A stretch of DNA of 64,000 bases from Halobacteriota archaeon (GTDB lineage: Archaea > Halobacteriota > Bog-38 > Methanoflorentales > Methanoflorentaceae): contig JBEKER010000006.1 of assembly GCA_050013755.1 (NCBI GenBank), positions 872 to 64,871 of the forward strand. The letters are read 5' to 3'. Of the stretch, positions 57,404-64,000 are shown one piece after another (within the stretch, counting starts at the first letter, position 1; every line of letters starts with the position of its first letter). The position numbers were made by a program, and so were the translations under genes. The notes under the pieces were generated by a model, which searched no databases, was not told where the DNA came from, and worked only from the letters and a program-made list of their open reading frames with translations.

Positions 57404-58549
57404 CTAGCATGTCTTCTGGTGGTTCTCCTGGAACACCGCTCGCAACGTGTCGCCGAGTTCTGACGGGACGACGTGACTGACCCCCAGAGTCTTTGGATGT
57501 AGGTCGATCTCGACCGTGACGTGCGTATGACCCAGTTGTTTCAGGGGCAGCACTTGCCGAGGTCCGTTGGTGACCGAGAAGATGGTCTTCTGGCTAACGT
57601 TTTTCATCGGCACGGCGTGCGGAACGCCGAGCAGGACCACGAAGTCATAGTCGCTGTAACAGCTTTCGATTAAGGCTCCGGCATTGACGCCGGTTATGGG
57701 GTACTCGTCCAATCCGCCGGTGATGTGATCAATGGAGACGCCACTTTCTTTCAGGTCGTTCAGAATGTTTTCGGCGTGCTTTCGGAGTCGCGGCAAGCCA
57801 ACGCCAGCGTCGAGATTCGCAAAGGTTTTGAGGTATTCGTTCCCGAGTTCGCCGGCAACGGCTGAGAGCGCGATGAGTATGTCTGCGAATTGATAGGCGG
57901 TCTCTTTTTTGGCGTTTAACACGACGACGCCTTTCTTATTGTGCTCTAAGAGCCCTAGCAGTTTCTTTGCAGTTACGTACTTGAGGTCGCCTCGAGACGG
58001 CGCTATATACTCCTTGCTTGCCACCCCTGCAATTTTTTCAAGATCTGTCGCCTTGATGAGCAGCTCTTTTTGCCGCCGGTATTCCGAGGGATCAAGCACT
58101 CCTGCATCAGCGGCTGCTTTGAGCGTCGCAATGGCCCCGTACGTGTTGTCTCGGTATCCAGCGTGAATCTCTACCTCGATTACTGGACACGGCGGGTTTG
58201 CATCCAATACGGCTTGGTGGATGTTCTCACCAATTATCATACTCGCGCAGGAGCCGATAACTCCCAGAAGGCTCGGATTGAAAAGCTCCACAGCACGCCG
58301 GATGACTTTCGTGAGAACTTGATCTCCCCCAAATACAAAGTTCGTCTCATCCATCGCCGTCGTGACCACCCGAATCCCATCCTCCTCAAGCAATCTGCTG
58401 TGTTTGAAGCAGCATCCTGATGGTCCGTGTATTATCACCGCGTCAGTCTCAAGATCTCTTAGCGTATAAAGCGCGGCAACGATCGAACTCGGTCGAGGAT
58501 GGATTATCTGCTCCGCGCCTGCGTCAGTTACGGGCACATTGGATGCCAT
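57404..58549 (-). CDS. cfbD: Ni-sirohydrochlorin a,c-diamide reductive cyclase, NifD/NflD-like component
   Basis: The nitrogenase component 1-type fold has IIHGPSGCC and [10 protein letters not shown]. It is 381 aa, 10 nt upstream of cfbB. Confidence 0.8.
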   Translation of the reverse strand: MASNVPVTDAGAEQIIHPRPSSIVAALYTLRDLETDAVIIHGPSGCCFKHSRLLEEDGIRVVTTAMDETNFVFGGDQVLTKVIRRAVELFNPSLLGVIGSCASMIIGENIHQAVLDANPPCPVIEVEIHAGYRDNTYGAIATLKAAADAGVLDPSEYRRQKELLIKATDLEKIAGVASKEYIAPSRGDLKYVTAKKLLGLLEHNKKGVVVLNAKKETAYQFADILIALSAVAGELGNEYLKTFANLDAGVGLPRLRKHAENILNDLKESGVSIDHITGGLDEYPITGVNAGALIESCYSDYDFVVLLGVPHAVPMKNVSQKTIFSVTNGPRQVLPLKQLGHTHVTVEIDLHPKTLGVSHVVPSELGDTLRAVFQENHQKTC

Positions 58550-58550
58550 G

Positions 58551-59861
58551 CTACCTCCACATTTTCACACACGAAATAATGACGTCACGTTCTTTGGTCA
58601 GTGTAAGCGCCGCGCGCAGCGCGCTCTCCAAGTCGTTTGACCGGACAACGTTCGCCCGAGACGTGCGCATCTGATCACCTACGACAACCACATCGTCGAG
58701 GGCCGCCTCTTCAGCTAATGGCGCGAGCGCTTCCGGAGCGATCCCGTCGCACACGTTTTTTGCCTCTACTCCGATGATTAGGACAGCTTTGTGACCAGCC
58801 TTTTTCAACGTCAACCCGTAGCGTATTGCTCGTTTGATCGACGTTACTTCGAGGCCGGAATTTGAATTGTCGACGAGAAGCCTCTTCTTGATTACTGCGG
58901 CAGACATCCTCCCCATGACTCCCTTGAAGTGAGCGAGTTTGTGTGCTATCACTTCGGGATCGAGCTTTGAAGAGAGCGCTGCGGTCACAAAACAGAGCAG
59001 TGCATCCTCATAACTCGCGAGGTCATAGCATCCCGTGGGCGTGAAGCGCACCTCTCCAGAGACTCGGCGGTCGTCAATTCTTGCTAAATCGCTGTAGGCA
59101 ATCGTTACTTCGTCAGGTTCTATGTTCTCGTATCGCACGGTTGCTCCTTCATCCCCAAAGGTGTTGAGACACCGACCCGGTTCCGCCAAGGATTCCGTCG
59201 CCGTTGACATGACGAGGCAGGAATTGGCTTTCGCATTTGATAACATCTGCAGTTTGGCAAACGTCGACGTCTTAGTTTCTTGCGCAATGCTGTACTCAGG
59301 TGACAACGTAGTAAGGATATTCACGTCGGCAAGACCGGTTCCGCCAAGGGACACCTCGAAGATGCACACCTCTGGATTGAAGTCGAACTCTCTAACTAGG
59401 TCCAACGCCGTCAGTATATTTGCGGGGGTGATGCTCAATTGCTTCTTAGCGACATATTTCCCGTTTTCGCGGATTTCGAGCCCGCGGCTCGTGAGCGTGA
59501 GCAACTTGCGTTCAGAAAAAGCGACCCCCAAAAGGGATGCCGTGGTCGTTTTCCCTTTAACCCCGGTCACTTCAAAAACGAGCGCATCTTGCAAGGTCTT
59601 GGTTTGCCGCGCGAGTTGACCCACGGCTTGGTGATGCGTTAGCACCGGAATGCCCAAAGCCTCTGCGCGCGCTGTGAGCACTGTGTGGGCGTGAACGGGT
59701 GCGATGACCACATCAAAAGAGTCGATCGCGTCGGGCGCCGGCGAATCGTGATATATGTCGATCGCGACCGCGTCTGCGCCGATTTCGCGCAACTTTTTAC
59801 AGATTTGCCGCCCGCCGTGAATCGTGTCTAAAACGGCTACACTTTTGCCGTTGAAGTCCAT
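58551..59861 (-). CDS. cfbE: Coenzyme F430 synthetase (Mur ligase family)
   Basis: It has the Mur-ligase P-loop [14 protein letters not shown], is 436 aa and abuts cfbD (1-nt gap). Confidence 0.8.
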   Translation of the reverse strand: MDFNGKSVAVLDTIHGGRQICKKLREIGADAVAIDIYHDSPAPDAIDSFDVVIAPVHAHTVLTARAEALGIPVLTHHQAVGQLARQTKTLQDALVFEVTGVKGKTTTASLLGVAFSERKLLTLTSRGLEIRENGKYVAKKQLSITPANILTALDLVREFDFNPEVCIFEVSLGGTGLADVNILTTLSPEYSIAQETKTSTFAKLQMLSNAKANSCLVMSTATESLAEPGRCLNTFGDEGATVRYENIEPDEVTIAYSDLARIDDRRVSGEVRFTPTGCYDLASYEDALLCFVTAALSSKLDPEVIAHKLAHFKGVMGRMSAAVIKKRLLVDNSNSGLEVTSIKRAIRYGLTLKKAGHKAVLIIGVEAKNVCDGIAPEALAPLAEEAALDDVVVVGDQMRTSRANVVRSNDLESALRAALTLTKERDVIISCVKMWR

Positions 59862-59868
59862 CTGGGAT

Positions 59869-60261
59869 TTATGCCTCTTTTAGCCTTTTGTATGCCAAAT
59901 CAGCGATACACGGGTCGATGCCGAGCGGCTCCGCGTAGACGACATCGACGCTTCTGTCGGCAAACGAATGCGTAGTTCGGCGTTGGCCGTCTGAAAGTCC
60001 AAGAATCTCAGGGATATCCTTCAACGTGTGAGTCCCGTGAGCGAGAAAGAGCGGGAGTATATAGAGCGTCGTAACGTCAGTTTCTGCAAAGTTTTCGATC
60101 CCTTCTTCAACAGTTGGACGATCCATGTTGAGGTAAGCAGTTTTTATGGTTGCCTCAGTCATTCTTTCAGCCAGCATAGCTGCCACAGTCTCCACGGTGC
60201 GCTTGTTATAGGTTAGCTTGCTCCCGTGACCCAGCACCAGTACCCCGGAGTTCTCTTGCAT
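59869..60261 (-). CDS. cfbA: Sirohydrochlorin nickel/cobalt chelatase, small CbiX type
   Basis: The 130-aa product has VLVLGHGSK and LPLFLAHGTH. Confidence 0.85.
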   Translation of the reverse strand: MQENSGVLVLGHGSKLTYNKRTVETVAAMLAERMTEATIKTAYLNMDRPTVEEGIENFAETDVTTLYILPLFLAHGTHTLKDIPEILGLSDGQRRTTHSFADRSVDVVYAEPLGIDPCIADLAYKRLKEA

Positions 60262-60353
60262 AATAGTCCCCCATTATCTGTGTGCGAATTGTTCTTCTGA
60301 TATTTAATGATACAGCCCAACCTTGCGGCCGATCGTGCTTGCGTTCAACTCAA

Positions 60354-61025
60354 TTAGGCAAGCTTTTGAAGTGCGTCGGCTAGCTTCGGGAGGATCGTCA
60401 TAGGGATACCGACAATCAGTTCGTCTTCGCTCACTTTGGCATATTTTCGCGAACCAGAGCATCCGAGCGTGAAGTTGATGCTATCTCTCATCAGAGGCGC
60501 AGCAACCGCATCGCCACACAGCGATTGAATGCCGGAGAAATCGGCGGTATTTCGTGAGTGTAGCTCGTACACGTTCGCCTGCGCAATCATCATCGCTTGG
60601 CGAGGGTTCACCATGAGCACCACGACGTCAGGCTCAAAGGGAGTTTCGCCCAGAGGCGCGTAAGCCGTTGCATAAGTTTTGAAATCGACACCGGGAACCG
60701 CTTGCATGGTCTCGGCGGCGTGCTCGACTGAAGAGAAGCGCCCGAGTTTGTGGTAGAATTCGCCCGACTTGATGTTTTCCGGTATCTCGATTATGCCGAG
60801 CATTCCTGCGCCGCCTTTACAGGCGTGCTGCTCGACGGTTGCGTAGAATTTCGAACCGCCGCGCGCCTTCTGCACCATTTCGCAATGGCGCAGTACCTCA
60901 TTTGTGTGATTCAGTCCTTCTGGGATGCTGGATTCAGTTCGAATGAGTTTGACCGCCACGGGTGAGCCTTTCAGTGCTAAAACACTCGTGAGCTTGTCGG
61001 AAAGAGCAGCGTAGTCTAGACTCAT
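60354..61025 (-). CDS. DUF169 domain protein
   Basis: It has PVAVKL, HCEMV, ACKGGAGMLG and TLGCSGSRKY, the DUF169/COG2043 pattern. Confidence 0.7.
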   Translation of the reverse strand: MSLDYAALSDKLTSVLALKGSPVAVKLIRTESSIPEGLNHTNEVLRHCEMVQKARGGSKFYATVEQHACKGGAGMLGIIEIPENIKSGEFYHKLGRFSSVEHAAETMQAVPGVDFKTYATAYAPLGETPFEPDVVVLMVNPRQAMMIAQANVYELHSRNTADFSGIQSLCGDAVAAPLMRDSINFTLGCSGSRKYAKVSEDELIVGIPMTILPKLADALQKLA

Positions 61026-61102
61026 ACCATGACCATGAGCGCGCGCACAGTAATAGTTTTCCAGGCACGGGCACTCTAAACGTGGCTGCTATCCAGGGGC
61101 TA

Positions 61103-61822
61103 TCACGCCTGCTTCGCCATCGCCATCAGAGCCCTGACGCTTTCGGCGCGTATCGTTCCGGCCAATCGGTCGCCGTGCGAACAAGCTGCGCCACGGATTC
61201 CAATGATATCAGCGCCAACGTGCTTTAATATGGGGACCTCTGGCAGTTTGATGGACCCTGCGAGGGCGACGTCCAGATTTTGCGTGTGCCCCTCTTCGAC
61301 GAACCGTTTGCAAGCGGCTTCGTCCAGGAAATCAAAAATGCCCCTCCCATCCTTGACAAAGGTATCGACCATCACGACGTCACAGCCTGCTCTGCGTGCT
61401 ATGTCGGGCAGCAAAAATGGATCGAGTGTTGATGCCCGTCGAAAGTCTGCATATCCCGCGAGAACGATCTTCGTCTGCGTGTCGTATTCCTTCACCGTTC
61501 TCGTTACGTGCTGCATCAAAAAAATAGCCTCATCTCTGGTTTTGGATCCTTTTAGCCCCACTTTGACGTAGTTCGCGCCGGAAACAGCGGCGCCCAGTGC
61601 GGCCAGCGAGGCGGAACCGGGAAGATGTGGAAAATCACCGATCGTTGCGCTCACTTCTATCGAGTGCGGCACAAGGCTCCGAATCCGTCGTATAACCCAA
61701 GGAAAGTTAGCCCCGAGTGACCCTTCGATCGGGTTCTTAACATCGATGATATCGGCGCCGCCATTCACTGCCTCTGTCGCCTCAAATTCGTCTTTTGGAC
61801 TAATCAATACCTTCATACGCAA
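61103..61822 (-). CDS. mfnB: (5-formylfuran-3-yl)methyl phosphate synthase (methanofuran biosynthesis)
   Basis: MKVLISP....EA..A..GGADIIDVKNP.EGSLGANFPWVI resembles the UPF0264/MfnB family. It has a TIM-barrel-like length of 239 aa. Confidence 0.8.
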   Translation of the reverse strand: MRMKVLISPKDEFEATEAVNGGADIIDVKNPIEGSLGANFPWVIRRIRSLVPHSIEVSATIGDFPHLPGSASLAALGAAVSGANYVKVGLKGSKTRDEAIFLMQHVTRTVKEYDTQTKIVLAGYADFRRASTLDPFLLPDIARRAGCDVVMVDTFVKDGRGIFDFLDEAACKRFVEEGHTQNLDVALAGSIKLPEVPILKHVGADIIGIRGAACSHGDRLAGTIRAESVRALMAMAKQA

Positions 61823-61843
61823 AGCCGAGATAAGATTGGTTGC

Positions 61844-61852
61844 ATATATAAC
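61844..61852 (-). promoter_or_regulatory. TATA-like element for mfnB (TTATATATG on the - strand)
   Basis: It lies 22-30 nt upstream of the mfnB ATG, consistent with a leaderless or near-leaderless transcript. The call rests on the motif only. Confidence 0.35.
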
Positions 61853-61894
61853 TTTTGAGTGATTGTCGATGAGTACGCAGACGCAAAACGCGCC

Positions 61895-61980
61895 CGTGCA
61901 GTATTTTATAAAAATATAAAAATAAAATTTTTATGATCGTGCAGTATTTTATAAAAATATAAAAATAAAATTTTTGTGAG
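61895..61980 (+). repeat. Two head-to-tail copies of a 43-bp AT-rich unit containing TATA-like cores (candidate duplicated mcr promoter)
   Basis: Unit 1 spans 61895-61937 and unit 2 spans 61938-61980. The first 38 nt (CGTGCAGTATTTTATAAAAATATAAAAATAAAATTTTT) are identical, and the last 5 nt read ATGAT versus GTGAG. Confidence 0.85.
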
Positions 61981-62213
61981 ACTCTTTAGCGCAAATCTCA
62001 ACAAAAATAATTCTAATCATTCTCCGTGTTTTCTCAGCACAAGCTTAATAAACTAGGAAATTGATGTTTAGATAAACCCGGGGTACGCTCCATGCTAGGT
62101 GAAACATACAGCTTGCCATCGTTTTTCGATCGAGCTGTATTCAGCTATTTTTCAGTCTAGTCTTCAGCATACAGAGTCGTTCGTATGGCAGCTAACCCCG
62201 CGGAGGGAAAGAA

Positions 62214-63536
62214 ATGCCAAAATTTGAAGACAAAGTCGATCTATACAACGACAGAGGTCAGAAGGTTGGTTCCAACATACCGCTCGAGGCTCTCAGCCCG
62301 TTGGTGAACCCGGCTATCAAGAAGATTATCAACACCACCTTGCGAACGGTGGCCGTTAATCTTGAGGGTATCCAAAACGCGCTGATGACCGGTAAAATGG
62401 GCGGCAAGGGCAGACAGATACTCGGTCGCGAGTTGAACCTGGACCTAGTGGGCAACGCCGACGCTCTTGCGAAGAAGGTCAAGGACCTCATTATGGTAAG
62501 TGCGGGCGACGACACCGTTGTCAAGCCCCTTGGCGGCGGAAAGCAGCTTATGGTTCAAATACCGACAGCACGCCTTGACGCCGGAGCCACGTATGTCGCA
62601 GGAACTACTGCAACAGGCAGCGCACTAACTGAGGCGATTATCGACATGTTCAAGGTGGACATGTTCAATGCGCCGATGGTTAAGGCGGCCATTTGGGGAG
62701 AGTACCCACAGACGCTCGACAACGTGGGCGGTATGGTGAAATCCATGCTCGAGACCCCGCAGAAAGATGAAGGGTACGGTTACTCACTGCGAAATGTGGC
62801 GGTTAACCACGTTGCAGCCGCAACCGGCAAGCGGACGATGAACGCGTCTGCGCTGTCATCGATATTCGAGCAGGCGGGCGTCTGGGAGATGGGTGACGCT
62901 ATTGGCTGGAACGAGCGTTTTCAGCTCTGCGGACTTGCGATGCAGGGGTTCAACGCGAATAACGTGCTCTACTCTCTCGTTAAAGAAAACGGGCAAGAGG
63001 GTACTATTGGCTCTGTAGTTGCGTCGACCGTTGAAAAGGCAAAAGCAGCCGGCGTCATTAAGGAAGATGCGACCTGGCCTTCTGGCTTTAAGGCGATGAA
63101 GACTGACGACGTCGCAGCTTGGAACGGATATTGCGCCGCCGGCACACTCGCCGCGACCATCGTGAACTGTGGTGCGGCCCGAGGGGCGCAAGCGGTTTCG
63201 TCAACGCTGTTGTACGCGAACGACCTGATCGAGCACGAAACGGCACTCCCGGGATGTGACTTCGGTAAGGTTATGGGTACAGCGGTCGGGTTCTCGTTCT
63301 TCAGCCACTCGATCTACGGCGGAGGCGGACCCGGTGTGTTCAATGGAAACCACATCGTGACGAGACACTCCAAGGGCTTTGCGATTCCGTGCGTTGCTGC
63401 AGCAGTGGCGATTGACGCGGGGACGCAGATGTTCTCAATAGAGGCAACGTCAAAGATCATCGGCATAGTGTACGGCGAGATACCAGAATTCAAAGACCCG
63501 ATAACTGCTGTTGCCAAAGCAGCGGAGGGAATGTAA
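62214..63536 (+). CDS. mcrB: Methyl-coenzyme M reductase subunit beta
   Basis: The 440-aa product is collinear with Methanosarcina McrB as I recall it ([28 protein letters not shown]...[61 protein letters not shown]). GGAGG lies 8 nt upstream of the ATG. Confidence 0.97.
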   Translation: MPKFEDKVDLYNDRGQKVGSNIPLEALSPLVNPAIKKIINTTLRTVAVNLEGIQNALMTGKMGGKGRQILGRELNLDLVGNADALAKKVKDLIMVSAGDDTVVKPLGGGKQLMVQIPTARLDAGATYVAGTTATGSALTEAIIDMFKVDMFNAPMVKAAIWGEYPQTLDNVGGMVKSMLETPQKDEGYGYSLRNVAVNHVAAATGKRTMNASALSSIFEQAGVWEMGDAIGWNERFQLCGLAMQGFNANNVLYSLVKENGQEGTIGSVVASTVEKAKAAGVIKEDATWPSGFKAMKTDDVAAWNGYCAAGTLAATIVNCGAARGAQAVSSTLLYANDLIEHETALPGCDFGKVMGTAVGFSFFSHSIYGGGGPGVFNGNHIVTRHSKGFAIPCVAAAVAIDAGTQMFSIEATSKIIGIVYGEIPEFKDPITAVAKAAEGM

Positions 63537-63568
63537 TACGCAAATTGCGCGGAGGTTTACGATACACA

Positions 63569-64000
63569 ATGGATACGGACGTACCTGACACGAGCATTCC
63601 CGTTCAAATAGAGATATTCACCGAACGACTACTCAGCCCCGAGACGGTTGAGCGATTAGTCACAGAGTTTGCCAAGATCGAAGGAATCACGCGCTTGATC
63701 TTGCACGGGCCCCGGATCGCTCCCGCTGTTCCAGAAGGGCCAGCGAAGGGAACACCGAACGTGCACGCAGCGCGCAGACACATTCAAGTGGGACAACAGG
63801 ACGTAGAGCTCGGGGTACAGGTCGGTAGGGTTTGGCTTGAACTTGAGGATGAGGACGTGATCGAACAGGTCGAAGAAGCGAGCAGAAGGATTCTTCCGTG
63901 TGGCTTCCAAATTAACCGCGGCTTGTATATACGAACGCGCCCGACGCAGACTGATTACGCGAAATGGGGCGTAATCAGGGACACGCGAGTCCTTGGCATG
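63569..64000 (+). CDS. mcrD: Methyl-coenzyme M reductase operon protein D (5' part; runs off the right edge)
   Basis: It is not in the ORF track because it has no stop in the window. My translation from the ATG at 63569 is MDTDVPDTSIPVQIEIFTERLLSPETVERLV...GITRLILHGPR...VGRVWLELED...TDYAKWG, matching McrD. Confidence 0.9.
   Translation, partial: MDTDVPDTSIPVQIEIFTERLLSPETVERLVTEFAKIEGITRLILHGPRIAPAVPEGPAKGTPNVHAARRHIQVGQQDVELGVQVGRVWLELEDEDVIEQVEEASRRILPCGFQINRGLYIRTRPTQTDYAKWGVIRDTRVLGM

Overview
This window reads as a densely coding chromosomal segment of a euryarchaeal methanogen, with GC near 50% by eye. It looks Methanosarcinales-like. The right end carries the start of the methyl-coenzyme M reductase operon (mcrB, then mcrD running off the edge). 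Just upstream lie a coenzyme F430 biosynthesis cluster (cfbA-cfbE-cfbD-cfbB), a DUF169 gene and mfnB (methanofuran). The rest is archaeal housekeeping and cofactor metabolism. Replication and translation genes include top6B, MCM, TFS, the L7Ae-S28e-L24e-ndk operon, ABCE1, an Rqc2/NFACT homolog, NMD3, class I LysRS, SepRS and Trm5. Cofactor genes include riboflavin/FAD (ribL, ribH, ribC, ribB, rbkR), thiC, purE, moaC, mobA, mptD and phosphopantothenate synthetase. Other genes include archaeal GAPDH, shikimate kinase and chorismate mutase, an artA-psd-pssA lipid-anchoring operon, two cis-prenyltransferase paralogs, and a System II cytochrome c maturation pair. There is one tRNA-Leu(CAA). I found no rRNA, CRISPR array, transposase, integrase, prophage or defence island. 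I cannot point to a convincing wholly new multi-gene system and regard the window as largely ordinary core genome. The observations most worth a second look are listed here.
- A near-perfect 43-bp tandem duplication of a TATA-like module sits upstream of mcrB.
- A consensus K-turn stem-loop occludes the Shine-Dalgarno sequence of the L7Ae gene.
- An 8-bp inverted repeat in operator position lies in front of rbkR-ribB.
- A +1 frameshift in a G8 tract splits an ArsB/NhaD-type permease.
- A catalytic and an NgBR-like cis-prenyltransferase pair sit next to a DUF92 membrane protein.
- The F430 cluster lacks cfbC but is joined to DUF169.
- A tight triplet links an AP-family phosphodiesterase, methanogenesis marker 8 and a PLP enzyme.
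All functional calls rest on my own reading of the translated ORFs (motif recognition from memory), not on database searches.
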